Notes: generated by a model from the letters alone, not told the origin. A DNA stretch of 64,000 nucleotides from Octopus vulgaris (GCA_951406725.2 OX597815.1:206646001-206710000), one strand, 5' to 3'. Shown: positions 14,841 to 28,680, counted from the first letter of the stretch. Numbers and translations are program-made.

Positions 14841-14959
14841 TACACACACAAACACACACATATATATATATGCGTGTGTGTATATATATTATGTGTGTGT
14901 GTGTGTGCATGTTTATATAAATACATATTTATTCAAACATAAATGTATGTATATGTATA

Positions 14960-15016
<57 letters not shown>

Positions 15017-15663
15017 GTGTGTGTGTGTGTGTCGTGTGTGTTTGTGTATGTTCTGTATGTTAATACAAATAATATGTACATAACATATGACGATATGATA
15101 CAATATACAATAGCCTGCAAACTTTCTGCGAAACAGCTCAATGAAAATATGTTGTTGTAATTAATATTTTTGAAAATAACTATGCCAATGTCCGCAATAA
15201 TACTAATGGCAAGAACTTCACGAGTTATACTTGAGCAACAGAAAACAAAATAAGCCTTCTATTAGCAATGTACATCATATGCTGATCCAACTTTAAGTAA
15301 TGCAAACAAACAGGAAGCTGATTTAGTACTGTCGTTAATCTTTGTATACGTCATCTAGAAGAAGAATCCACGAAATATTGTTTTCTTATATTTTCCTTCT
15401 TCCAGCGAGTTCTAGGTTTTTAAAAGCCACTATTAAGAAACTGACTCAAGTGTTTAATATATATATATTTTTAGGAAGTAACATTCAACAGATCGCTAAG
15501 CTTTGACAGGTCACAAAGCTCTGACATTTTGTCGCGTTATTTACCGAATCCCTGCTAGGCATAACATCAAGAGTTTGTTTAACTTGAAATTATTCGACTC
15601 ACACAATGAAATCTAGGACGTTTCTCTTCTCTTCAAATTAATTTGTAGGTCTTTTATGGGAAA

Positions 15664-16059
15664 CTAGCAGTATCGCCCGGCGTTGCTCGGGTTTGTAAGG
15701 GAAATAACTATATAAGCATTTTTAGAGATGTAAAGTATAATAGCCATCTCAATATGGCTAACCACAAAGGGGGTGGGGTGTTACTATAGCTTTTTACGTT
15801 CTGAGATTTAATAATAAATTTTTAGAGAGTTACTTCCCTTATATATGCCAAAAATGCATTAAAAATGGGAAAAATTGATGGTAAATTTTTTTTTAAATCG
15901 TAAACTCATCGTAGACGCGCGATAATACCCAGAAGGGCTCGATATGAATCACGAATATATGATACCCGGTTTTGGTTAAACTGCACCGCAAAATGTGGGA
16001 GTAGTTAGGAATCTAAATCGTAGGAGACAGACACACAACTTCACTTTTATATATAAAGA
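15664..16059 (-). mobile_element. Non-autonomous Helitron, family H1
   Basis: Minus strand: A|TCTTTATATATAAAAGTG...hairpin ccgagcaacgccggg...CTAG|T; same family as 44454 and 46178. Confidence 0.85.
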
Positions 16060-16477
16060 TTTATGTGAAACTATGCAAAAAATACAATTCTAAATCTTCA
16101 TTTATTGATAAGGTCGACGGTAATGTTTTCTTAGAGAAACGTCTTTTCATTATTTCAAGACCACAGTTTCCCGAACAGGACCGATGTGTCTAATCGTTCC
16201 TTGTATTAACACTGAATAAAACCCCTTTCTCACGAAGCACTGATGGAACTACTATAGCAGGCCCTCCAAGACTGGTTCAGTCAATGTCCTTGATCTTCCT
16301 CAGGACCGACTTCTTATGGTGGTTAGTGAGGCTTAGACAAAGAAGACAGTGTGCGCTGATCAGATTATTAATGATATGAAATATTTACATTTACTATATA
16401 TAATCAAATTTAAGTTTCAAAAAACCCCACTGAAATAGAACCGTAATTCTCTGGACATCGTTGGAATGTCTTACATC

Positions 16478-16544
<67 letters not shown>

Positions 16545-16738
16545 TCTCTTATATTCTTTTATTCATTTAGTTGCTTCATTCATTGGACTGCGGCAATGTT
16601 GGGACATCGCCTTCTTCTTACTTTTAAGTCTGTTTCTTATTGAATCGGCCAATTGTACCAAGCCGCTAAATTACGGGAACGTAAATAAACTTACTCCGGT
16701 TGCCAAGCAGTGGGGGTGGGGTCAAACTCAACCACAAA

Positions 16739-16779
<41 letters not shown>

Positions 16780-17050
16780 CACACACACACACACGTATAC
16801 ATATATGGGCAGTTTACGTCTAATAAGTTCACTCACAAGGCATTAGTCGGCCCAGGGCTATAGTAGAAGGTTCTTGCCTGAGATGTCACACAATGGGACT
16901 GAACCCGAAATCACCTGATTGCAAAGCGGGCTTCTTAACAACAACGTATCTATGCGTGTGTCTCGAGATCAGCGACAGTTTGTCACTGGAAAAAAACATA
17001 TAGTACGTTGCGTTTGGAATGAGTTCTCATCGCTAGCTGGTGATTATCAA

Positions 17051-17089
17051 ACACTGATGACGGGTTACTACTCCGAAACCCGGGTCTGT
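17051..17089 (+). ncRNA. Minimal type I hammerhead ribozyme motif
   Basis: ACA-CTGATGA-CGGGTTACTACTCC-GAAAC-CCGG-GTC-TGT: complete core, palindromic loop III, GUC cleavage triplet. Confidence 0.7.
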
Positions 17090-17814
17090 GTGTATCACGT
17101 AAAGCTAGAGATGGAAACGATGATTTCCATTCGCAAATACTAATCGGGCACAGATAGTATGCCGTTAGCCAGCTGGAGGAAATGTCTCCCTGGGTCTAAA
17201 AACAACAGTAGCATCGTCCTCTATGAGACCGCCACATTTAGTTGCAAATTATATATATATAGATATACATAAAACACTGGTTCATATGGTACAACACGTT
17301 GACTAGTGTCTTTGTCGGAAATATACTGTGATTATAGAAAAATGTAAAAACATTATTAATACATCGGTTATGAATTCGGCGCAATGTGAACAATCCAGGG
17401 TTTACTTATGGTGATGCAGTCACAGGATCCGAAAGTTTATATATATGGCTGCATTATCCAACGTGTTCTGCCTTTTTATTTATATCTTAGTAGAATGCTA
17501 TGAGAACATTTAGCTGCTATTTGTAGTGGGTCTTTTGGCAACGTGTCGGCTTAAGCTTCTCTAGTTATCGGTCTGATTCAGTGTCCTCCCACCACAACTA
17601 CCAAATTTCCCGTATTTTCCGGAATATATGACAAATTTTTCAGACCAAATTTTGCAGCCCCAAAAGGTAGGTCGACCTATGCACCAAGAATATTTTTGGA
17701 GGCCAAAAATTCTATGAAATGCAGCAGAATTTGGAAAGGTAGTGACGGTGTTTGAACTTTTACACTACATAAACTATATGGCATACCTACATATATGTAC
17801 CTTCCGACTTTGTT

Positions 17815-18305
17815 TCCTCATAGCTTCCAGAAAAATACATATTTTTAATGAAATTTTCTATAAATATGCTCCAGATCGTGTAGATACCGATTATTTCAGA
17901 ATGTTTTGAGAAAAGATTTTTCTGTAGATGGGAAGAGGAGTTTCGGAGAATTCACTGGAGTTGGGATTTTTTTGCCTCATAACTTTCAGAAAATTGCTAT
18001 TTTTTAATGGAATTGTCTACAAATACATACTTTTCAAAGTGTGTAAATTACAATTATATCGGAATTTGATGCAAGAAGAAAAATAGTGAGCACGCACACA
18101 TACCTACTTACACACTTCACAGTTTCTTTCGAAATTTCAAGTTTCATATTGTAGATATATGTGACGTGTGTAGATGTATGTGTACGAGCCCAACAATTTT
18201 TTGTTATATTAAATTCTAATATAATCGTAATCTGCACACTCTGGAAAGTATTTCTAGAAAATTTCATAAAAACTTACCTATTTTTCTGAAAGTTATGTGT
18301 AAAGA
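17815..18305. mobile_element. Diverged foldback/MITE-like element with subterminal repeats
   Basis: catagcttccagaaaaata...atgaaattttcta (about 17820-17895) is inverted at about 18220-18298, with a direct copy at about 17976-18057. Confidence 0.5.
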
Positions 18306-18684
18306 AATCTGTCTCGTGTGAATTATGCTATATACTACGTCGAAATTGTGGTATGTTCCCTTTTATAATGAAAAGCAACTTATTGACGTTATTTGAAATA
18401 GTGAAGCGGATTAAATAGAATATAATGCAGAGAATATACACTAGCCGGGCTGATTTCCACCGTTCCTCTTAACAATGGATATTTTACTGAATCTAGAACC
18501 AGGCAACTTTAAACAACATCTTCACATTACTGTTATGGTGTTAGATATATTAAGACGGAATTGCAACTAGGTGCACACGGTGTTAAACTAATAGCCGAAT
18601 TGAGGACGAGCTTTGAGTTGTACTCCAATCACAGTATATTTCCGGCAAATAAACTTAAGTCTCAACAAGTCGTACATATATACC

Positions 18685-18917
18685 TATTTCTTTACTACCC
18701 ACAAGGGGCTAAACACTGAGAGGAGAAACAAGAACAGACAAACGGATTAAGTCGATTATATCGACCCCAGTGCGTAACTGGTACTTATTTAATCGACCCG
18801 GAAAGGATGAAAGGCAAAGTCGACCTCGGCGGAAATTGAACTCAGAACATAACGTCAGACGAAATACGGCTACGCATTTCGCCCGGCGTGCTAACGTTTC
18901 TGCCAGCTCGCCGCCTT
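18685..18917 (-). mobile_element. SINE family A, full length with 18-bp TSD
   Basis: TSD aagtcgtacatatatacc at 18667-18684 and 18918-18935. Confidence 0.92.
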
Positions 18918-19399
18918 AAGTCGTACATATATACCATATAATGCGTAGTCCATCGTTATATAAACTGCGGACTTGACTGACGAGCAAAGTCTACAGAAAC
19001 ACACCCAAAATTCATGGACGTCAATCTTAAATCTCTTTGCTAACTTCACGGCTCGGATTTCCATTTGGGGACTTATACAAGATGAATTACAACTTCACAA
19101 CAATAGCTCTGTGTTGAACTATATCTAAAGGAGATTTGATGCTAGAATCGTGGGGCATTGAAACACACCTAACTTCTCTGTTACTTTAAGTCTGCATGGT
19201 ATAAACTCCTGAAGTACGAAAGTTAAACTATACATAAATATGAAAGGAAATCAAGATTATGTAATCCCTACCAAGATTTTATAAAATATATGTTAATCTA
19301 ATCTAATGTCGATGAAGTTTTTACTGATTTGTTCAAACAATACGTAATTTAGATGCCTAAATTTTCACATATATATGATTATAAAAGAGAATAATTTAC

Positions 19400-19512
19400 C
19401 TTGAATGATGTATTGCATTACCTGGTTCCGTTTGTTTCTGGAGACTAATGCAGATAACGTTAGACTGAGATGGCTTTTCAAAAATTTCATTCATGTGATA
19501 TTTAGGGACCAT
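19400..19512 (-). CDS. SLC16-like gene, probable first coding exon
   Basis: caacATGG start with an upstream in-frame TAG; MVPKYHMNEIFEKPSQSNVICISLQKQTEPGNAIHHS; donor TCA AG|gtaaat gives the phase 2 required by exon 2. No homology support for this segment. Confidence 0.55.
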
Positions 19513-20257
19513 GTTGAATTCTCTTCTTTGAATCTAATTCTATGACTTTGTATGTTTATGGGGTTTGTGAATGCTTAACAGGCAGAGTTTCAGTAGAAGA
19601 AAAAGCAAAACAAAAAACGATATATGAAGCGAGGTAAGAGTTGAAGACAGAGAGACAGCAAAGGTGTGTGAAGGAAAATACGGAGAGAAAGAGAGAGAGA
19701 GGGAAAGAGGGAGAGGGGAAGACAGAGGGGAACAGAGAGGGAGGAAGAAAGTGACACAAAGAAAGAAAAGAGAGAGAGAGAACCAATAAATCTCAATCTA
19801 TTCTCTTTCACCCTGTAATTACATACACATCTACGTATTTCTTTAGGTGTATGTGTGCATGCATATAATATATATATTTATATGTGTGTGTGCATGTGTG
19901 TGTGTGTGTGAGTGTATGTTTGTGTGTGTGTTTGTGTACGTGTGTCCAGATGTGATGCAGCAGTGTTTGTGCATTTATGTGCACGTGTTTTTACATGTGC
20001 ACATAAAAGTACGCAGGTGTGTATGTTTTGTGCGTATGTTTTCTTAAAGAAAACAAACACATTGGTTTGAAAAATATACATCGACAACCCCTTCGCTCCG
20101 CCACACAGAGACATAAAACGCTAATAAATAACATTAAACATGTCCGAGTACAAAAGTATTTGAGCAATTAGTTAACAACGACAGATATTTGGTTAATAAC
20201 AAAGAAAAAAAAAGAAAATGGGCTGTGTTTGTGTGTGTGTGTGTGTTTGTTTGTTTG

Positions 20258-20455
20258 CTGGCACTCCGTCGGTTACGATGTCGAACGTTCCAGCCAGTTG
20301 ATCCGATCAACGGAACAGCCTGCTCGTGAAATTAACGTGTAATACTCCACAGATAAGCGTACTCTTAACGTAGTTCTTGGGGAGATTTCGTCTGATTCAG
20401 AATGTGACAAGGCTGACCCGTTGAGATACAGGTGCTACTCACTTTTGCCAGCTTG
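20258..20455 (-). mobile_element. SINE family C 3' portion
   Basis: gcactccgtcgg...gatccgatcaacggaacagcctgctc is the reverse complement of the tail at about 50980-51043. Confidence 0.65.
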
Positions 20456-20775
20456 CTCGGACATTTTTAACCGGCCCATGCCATCCATCTCAGTGTATTT
20501 GCTGAGACAGGTCTTTGGGAGAGGCATCCAATATCTCTGGTGAGTTGATCTACATACGCTGTGTTCGAACGACCTGCTCGAGTACGGCCATGCCTTGGCT
20601 TTTCCCTTTCGTCTCATCCAGCTTTGGATTCTGGCTACAATGACTAGCTTTACTTAAAACCAATAATTCAGGCTCACTGAATAAGTGTTCCGGGAGAATA
20701 CTAACATATACAATCACTGTTATGAATATTTTTCAACTGATCTTTATAGATCTCTTGTGTCATAGAGTAGTTACA

Positions 20776-21177
20776 TCTATATATATAAAGCTGAAGCTGT
20801 CTGTGTGTGTTTGGCAGGTTTGGTAGTCTTCAACTAACACTATCTCCTCCGAGACCCTGCGGCGCAAGTTGACTAAAATTGAAAGTATGATAGAAGAAGG
20901 CTTGCTCTTCATTTCGTAGAAGAAAAAATTCAAATCGGACCATGTTAAAACCAAAAATTATTTACATCAAAAAGGTGCTTTTTTACTATGAAAATCCCTA
21001 TTTTTTACGATTTTTTATTACTGCTGTGTCGCCATTTTTCGGTGTATTTCAACCAGAAAAATGTTCACTTAAAGAGAATAACAAGCTACATAATGCAAAA
21101 GTTTTACTTTTCGAAAATTCTAATTCTAAAGGGTCGAAAAGAAAATAAATCCGAGAAACGCTGAGCTATACTGGTAG
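20776..21177 (+). mobile_element. Non-autonomous Helitron, family H2
   Basis: A|TCTATATATATAAAGCTG...ccgagaaacgctgag...GTAG|T; inverted homolog at 25223-25619. Confidence 0.8.
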
Positions 21178-21496
21178 TTATATTATAAACTACAGTAGCA
21201 TTCAATTCTACTCTCATGCTATATCAATAAATACACAAATGTCACAATCTGGCGATACCAGTTGTTTGCCTGTTTATACCTTTATTCTATAATACATTTA
21301 CTGGTTCGATTAAAACACCCCTAAAGCCAGTCTTCATTAGGCAGCTACAGCATCTTCGCTTTCGTTTAGCTGCAGTTCAAGTTGGATTTTAGGCAGAAAC
21401 TTAACCTGAGCTCTAATTGTATGAACCTTGCGTCAGACATAATACTACATATATATAAACATGATGATTTATTGAATGTGTATACTGGAGTATATA

Positions 21497-21949
21497 TCGT
21501 TTTGACTCCTATTTCTAGCAATGCTAGTACCACCTAGTACCCCCTGTCATTTTTGTGACGTCAATAGATTTGTCTTTAGGTTGTTAAATTGCTCATAAGC
21601 CACCCATATTATTTATAATTTTAATGTATACCGCTCTTGAAATTAGCGTATGAGTTCAGCGGTTTTCTTATAAGCTGACAAGGTGAGTTGATTTTAACCC
21701 TAGTCACGGTAAGAGCCACTGATGAAAATTCAGATGCTCTGCATTTAAATTCGAAATCGCCGGCGATCTGGCTACGTCTGGTGGGAAAATTATCTCCCTT
21801 GCCAGTCATTAAGCCAGTGCATTTGTGTGCTATTGAGTCGTTTTGACTTTTATTTCTAGCAATGCTGGTGCCACTTAGTACCCTCTGTCACTTTAGTGAC
21901 GTCAGTAAATTTGCCTTTAGGTTGCTAAATTGCTAATAAGCCACCCATA
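21497..21949. promoter_or_regulatory. Duplicated ~112-bp segment (21497-21608, 21838-21949), each copy with a TGACGTCA CRE palindrome, ~2 kb upstream of the SLC16-like start
   Basis: Direct repeat visible; TGACGTCA at 21556 and 21897. Regulatory role is inferred. Confidence 0.4.
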
Positions 21950-22288
21950 ACATGTATATATGTGTGTATGTATGCATGTTTGTATGGAGATGATTTTTGT
22001 ATGTGTATACTGGAGATGAAAATTTGATGTAACCATGATATTCTGTTATCTTCTATATCTTCTATATTGTAAAATGCACAATAACACTATGCAATTTATA
22101 GCATACGCATTAGTGTACACATGTAAAATAACTGATACACTAAAATAGATAATCGTTGCTCGATGTTGGCTGCGAAACGGCCATCTTCATCTGGATATTA
22201 ACTGGTGAAGTAAATATATTTATCTCATACCTCCTGAGTTTCTTTATATTTTCTGTCTCTCTGTTTCTTCTCCTCTCTGTCTCTCTTT

Positions 22289-22353
<65 letters not shown>

Positions 22354-22390
22354 GACAGTTTCACATAATAGATACGATATATGTATATGG

Positions 22391-22438
<48 letters not shown>

Positions 22439-22502
22439 ATACGACAGTTTCACATAATAGATACGATATATGCATATGTATATGTATATGTATATGTATA
22501 TA

Positions 22503-22546
<44 letters not shown>

Positions 22547-22834
22547 TACATATACATATATCGTATCTATTATGTTAAACTGTCGTATGTCTAAATTTGG
22601 CCAAATGCGTTTTTATCAATATTTATTTTTGCTTGCAGTAGCCGGTTCTTTTGGTCAAGCTGTCGTATCTCCAACTGCCAAGATATCAAAAATTGTCAGT
22701 GTAGTACAATGGTTTTGCTATGGAATGGTCAAACTATTTTTTTCGCTTTCTGAAAAAAGCAACGTTTTGGACTTACAGCATTTTTTCACAATAGCAACGA
22801 TATATACATACATACATATCTATATCTATATCTA

Positions 22835-22918
<84 letters not shown>

Positions 22919-22951
22919 CATATACATACACACACACACATACACACACAT

Positions 22952-23018
<67 letters not shown>

Positions 23019-23062
23019 GAATAAATAAATAAATGGAGTTGAACGAAGATGTTAACAAAATT

Positions 23063-23155
23063 CCTTTACTCTCGTCATATGTTTCGAAGACAACATGGTT
23101 TTATTCCAAAGGAACAAACGGTGCAAGATGCAATCTTCTCATCAGGAAAGAAAGG
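23063..23155 (-). ncRNA. Type I hammerhead motif with mutated cleavage triplet (Penelope-like pLTR relic)
   Basis: Minus strand CCTTTCTTTC-CTGATGA-GAAGA...TCTTC-GAAAC-ATAT-GAC-GAGAGTAAAGG. Confidence 0.65.
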
Positions 23156-23351
23156 GAGCCTCTCTCAACAACAAGACAAAACAAAAATTGCGATGACTGC
23201 CTACATGGTAAACAAAACGATAATAAGTGTTTTAAAAAAAAACGTTAGTAGAATTGACGTCAATTATATATATATATATATATATCGAGATCAAGATCGA
23301 GAGAGATACATACATACATACATACATACAGAAAGCGTGAAAGAAGTAGAC

Positions 23352-23398
<47 letters not shown>

Positions 23399-23829
23399 TA
23401 GACAGACAGACAGACAGACAGAGAGCTAGCTAGCTAGATAGTTAGGGTAGAAGTAAATAAAAACAGTGTTCAACTAAAATTGAAATAATATAGCAACACC
23501 ACTTGTAACGAGTAATAGAAATGAAATCTAACACTAGTTATGTTTATGCGAAAACCAACAACGTCTTTGCCTTGTGACGTCAAAGACATTAAATGAAAAT
23601 CATAAAAGATTTCTAAACAGAAGGAGTTCTAACTTGTGGTATATTTCTTGTAGCTCTGAGAAGAAGAACCTATATAATCTATTCAGGTTTCCAAGGCTTT
23701 AAGAAAGGAGCAAATTAAATCTGTAGTGGTTGGGCGATGGGGTAAAGGTTTCACGGATATAATTAGCGGTCTGACAGTCGTAAGAGAATTGTCTATGAAG
23801 AGAGATGAATTAAGTGGTGTTGATATATA

Positions 23830-24083
23830 TTGGGTTGTCCGGAAAGTTCGTGCCGATTCATAGTAGCTTAACTTTCGACTTATTTTAGAACATGGCTGAG
23901 TCCATAAAATAGGATTTGACTACACCTCCATTTAGAGCACAGTTTAAGCTATCTTTTCGTGGGAGAAGGTTTAAGTTTCTATAACCTGTGTTAATTCTGT
24001 AACCCTTTAAAATGGAAGATAAGGAAGTTCATTTTCGGCACTTGATGCTTTAAAAATCTGCACGAACTTTCCGGACAACCCAA
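23830..24083 (+). mobile_element. Internally deleted mariner (MITE)
   Basis: TA|ttgggttgtccggaaagttcgtgc...gcacgaactttccggacaacccaa|TA; retains transposase start MEDKEVHFRHLML. Confidence 0.9.
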
Positions 24084-24140
24084 TAGTTAGTTGGTGATTT
24101 TCAAAACACTATTGGAGCGATAAAAGAGAGAAGGGGAGCG

Positions 24141-24232
<92 letters not shown>

Positions 24233-25222
24233 TTAAACAAAGATCAGTGGTTAGAAAATGTTGTGGAGTGTAACTTTGATAATGTGATGGCCTCTGTATG
24301 ATTTTCTTTTAATGGTATGTAGAAAATTTGTATCAATTCACTAATTCTGATAGGAAAGCATGGTTTCTATGTAAATTTAATTTTCGTCTATTTGTATGAT
24401 ATCGGTTTCAAATGTTGGCACAAAGCCAGCAATTTTGAGGAGGAGGTATATCGGTTACATCGGCCCTAGTGTTCAGTTAGTACTTATTTTATCGACCCAG
24501 AAAGGATGAAAGGCAAAGTCAACCCCGGCAGCATTTGAATTCTGAGCGGTGTGTCTGAAGAAATAATGCTCAGCGTTTTTTTCCGGCGCGGTAACGATTC
24601 TGTCAACTCGCTGCCTTCCGTTTGTATAATATTAATACAATGAATTACAGCGGAATGAAATACTTGAGGTCGTTATGAAAGGCCATCCGATTAAAATTCA
24701 CAATTTATAGGAAACGTGATAGTTTTAAATGAATATTGTGTCGAGAGATTAGCGGGTATTTTCATGAAACGGAGTCTGTAATTTCGTGTTTTTTAAATAA
24801 AACTAGGACGTCATGCGGTTTTCAAGGTCTCTTTTTCACAAAGAATCTGCAAGATTGGCGGAAGTTGCTGAAATCGTTTCTGCGTATGGACTATGCATAG
24901 AGTGTGGGAGAATGGTGTCATCAATCTAGACGCGCGTATCGTTAAACTCAACAGGGTGTACATCATTAATATGGAACAGAAAGTCTGGAACAGATCATTA
25001 AGTTCTGAGATCTGTCGAAATGTTAAGATACACTTCATTAAAAAATACTCTGATGATGTTAGATCTCCTCGATTGTGTTTGTTTTGAGTTACAAAATTGC
25101 GATGGACTGAACTGAAATGATGTTTTTTTTGTATTTAGGTCTTTTTTCTTACGCGCAAGAAACCTAGGACTACGGTATATAACGCGTTTTTGCCAAGAGG
25201 ATAGAGTGTAAATATTATAAAA

Positions 25223-25619
25223 CTAGTAGTATAGCCCAGCGTTGCTCGGATTTCTTTTCTTTTCGACCCTTTAGAATTGGAATTTTTGAAAAGTAAAAAT
25301 TTTGCATTATGTAGCTTGTTATACTCTTTAAGTGAACATTTTTCAGGTTGAAATACACCGAAAAATGGCGACACAACAGTCAAATAATCGTAAAAAGTAG
25401 TGATTTTCATAGAAAAAACCCCATCTTTTTGATGTAAATAATTTTCGGTGTTAACATGGTTCGATTTGAATTGTTTCTTCTACGGAATGAAGAGCAAGCC
25501 TTTTTCTATCATACTCTCAATTTTGGTCAACTTATGCCGCAGGGTCTCGGAGGAGATAGTGCTAGTTGAAGGCTGCCAAACCTTCCACACACAGACAACT
25601 TCAGCTTTATATATAAAGA
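25223..25619 (-). mobile_element. Non-autonomous Helitron, family H2
   Basis: 5' TCTTTATATATAAAGCTG, 3' ccgagcaacgctgggctatactaCTAG|T. Confidence 0.82.
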
Positions 25620-26512
25620 TATATCATGGCAACGTATCCATGGTGTTTGACAAGTCTTCTCACTCTCAAAGTCACTGCGAAAGATTCTTCTGAAAAGAAA
25701 GGCTAACATTTTTACTCCAACTCATCCAGGCCTCAGATATTTTGTGACTTTTAGTCACTGGGATAGATACATTTTCAAGTTGTTCCACGCGTTCAATTAT
25801 TACATCTAGATTCATTTTCAATCACGTGTACCGTAGTCTTCTGCTGAAGTCCAGATTCTTTTAAATATTGTTTTGCGTCTTTCCCCTTCACCCTATTATC
25901 TTGTTACCGGCCAAATTATGACCTTGCTTAGTATGTCTTTTACTTATCTTCTTGATTCTATTAAAAGGCTATTTACACAGAGAAACTCCACTAAATCCGA
26001 ATTTTCCATTATAAATTGTATCTGGGGAGGACTTCTATTTAATCTTCTTAATTTCATAGCGTTCTATATTTACCCTAACCTGTCATAGTCTGTTCTTTGT
26101 GATCTTTTTCTCTCGTTACATTCCCAAACTAAAGGAGTGGCAATTTCGCATGATTTACCAGATATGGCATTTACTGTACCGTCTATTTTTGTGCTGTTTC
26201 TTCTAAATGCTTATTCTTTATCAACACATTAAGCTGTTTCTGTTTCTCTCGTTAGTCCTTCATCTTTTAGCCAAGGCAAATCTGATTGTATCTTTCCTGT
26301 CCAAACATTCAGTTCAAGCTCGCCCTGCCCGAAAACATGCTTACGTAACACTTTCCCATTTTAATTTTTAATCCTTTCGTATTTTTTACGCTTTCTTTGT
26401 GTACTTTCCACGCTTGCGCTGTTCAACTTCAACATGACATTCAGGTCTGGGATTGGTCTTCGTCTCTCATCATTGAAGACTTTTATAATAGCTCAAGGGC
26501 AAATTTCACATA

Positions 26513-26897
26513 CTCTTTTACTCTTTTACTTGTTTCAGTCATTTGACTGCGGCCATGCTGGAGCACCGCCTTTTAATCGAGCAACTCGACCCCGGGACTT
26601 ATTCTTTTTGTAAGCCGAGTACTTATTCCATCGGTCTCTTTTGCCGAACCGCTAAGTGACGGGGACATAAACACACCAGCATCGGTTGTCAAGCAATGCT
26701 AGGGGGACAAACACAGACATGCAAACACACACACATGCACATACATATATACGACAGGCTTCTTTCAGTTTCCGTCACAAGGCTTTGGTCGGCCCGAGGC
26801 TATAGTAGAAGACACTTGCCCAAGGTGCCATGCAGTGGGACTGAACCCGGAACCATGCGGTTCGTAAGCAAGCTACTTACCACACAGCCACTCCTAC
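26513..26897 (-). mobile_element. SINE family B
   Basis: Reverse complement of the 8773 element. Confidence 0.85.
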
Positions 26898-28214
26898 ACC
26901 TATGTTCACATGTTCAATATTCAAACAGATTTCATCGGAAGAATGAAATCATTCTCTTATCTGTACATATCACCGAGTTTCTAATGTGTTACTAAGAAAC
27001 AGTTTTGATTAAATTGTGAAATATTCATTCCTAATCGTCTTAACTGTTTAGAGAAAAAAAAAACTCTACATAGCATGTTCAAGCCTCTTTCTATTGTTCT
27101 AAACTCCAGTTTCTAAATTTACAATCGCGTTGTATCTCTTATATTGAATACATAGCAACCTTTTTTTTCCTCAAAAGGGTTTCGTAGATGTAATGTCTAC
27201 CGTACGTTGTTAACAAATTGTTAATGTGTAGGCGTAGGAGTAGCTGTGTGGTAAGTAGCTTGCTTACCAACCACATGGTTCTGATTCAGTCCCACTTTTA
27301 TAGAAACTTTTATAGAGTTTTAATTTTCCTCCCTCAACCTTCACTTTTAGGGCACATTTGCTTTTATAAAAGTTTCAAACCGATTCTTAGTATCTCAAAG
27401 TGTTTCAAAGATTTAGACTATTCTAACATTTAGAGCAAAATGTGAGGTCACACAAGAATATTAAACGGTAATTATAATGGTCTTTAGTATTAGCATAAGT
27501 TGATATTTTGAGGTCGATAGATACTTTATTAGATCGATCCTAGTGCTTAACTGGGATTTGATCAATTGAAAATGGTGATGTCGACTCCAGTGAAGTAGAT
27601 TTTCGTTCTCATTCCTCTGCATTACATAATGTAGATAACAGTGAAATAATCGAAATAATTCTATCAATTACTTTCCATTCTCCAAAATTTATAGCAATTT
27701 ATCAATCTTGGAAATTATTGTTATCTATCAATATGACGAAATACTAGCCTGCGCGAGCAGTTGTCGCAAGTTAGTTAAATAGCACATTAACATTATCAAA
27801 TATATTTTCATTCTGCACTAATTTGACATCAGTTTATTTGACGAAAACTTAGTTCTAATATTTTGGTTTATAGACGATAAAAGGCAGGACATTTAGCAAA
27901 TCAGATCACCGAATTTAAAGCGTTTAAAATATTTACAACATTCAGTTTTTCACCAATAAGCCAAACTTTTATAAAATTGTTGTGTTAATACTTCAGTGTA
28001 TGAGTAATTCTGACACTTGATACTGTAACAATTCAGCTTAGAATATTTTCTTTATTAAGGATTAAAACAAGAACTTTTCTTTTACATAAGCATTTTTTTT
28101 TACATACGGTTCTTTTTTTTTACATGCTTTTTTACGTATGTTCTGTGCACATTTTTTTGTTACATATATTTTACAAATCTACTAATCTTGCATTTCTGTC
28201 TGGGAGTATCATGT

Positions 28215-28680
28215 TTATATTCCAGCTGCAGTAAGTAACCATTCCTGTTGACCATTTGCCTTGATATATTTCTTTAATAACAAGGATATCTCGGTGAAAT
28301 ATTTCAAATTTGTCAGTTCCGTAAACAAGCTTTCTTTATAAGAATGGCAACTGAAAATACATAAAGTGAACATTTAAAATATTATGTAGTTCAAGAAACG
28401 ATAATTTTGGAGCAAATACAATTTTCTCATAGATTTCTGTGCGATGTTTACTAAGAAAGCCATGACACAACTCTCTAAATGAGTCCCAGACATCTAGTTC
28501 TACTATTTTTAAAACTGGGGTATCAAGTTCTCCCTAATCAGTTGATGCATTTGAGGGAAACATTTTGGTATTAGAAAAGGTCAAGAATTTTCAACTGTTT
28601 GAAGGGGATTTACCTTGATGTGTAGTAATATAGAAAAATAGGCGGCAGTAGAGGATATTTGACAAGCTTCCATAGAATAT
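28215..28680 (-). mobile_element. Highly degenerate Chapaev-like (CMC superfamily) transposase relic
   Basis: Frameshifted motifs LLHIK, ELDVWDSFRELCHGFLSKHRTEIYEKI, EIFHRDI...YQGKWSTGMVTYCSW resemble Chapaev3 PLHIKLG / E..AW.SF...FLGN / ERFHQDI..ME.RYQG.W...DYCW. Confidence 0.6.

Noticed and set aside
25760-26450. Faint minus-strand RT-like traces (also at about 58200-58660)
   Set aside because: Too degenerate to support a call without an HMM search.
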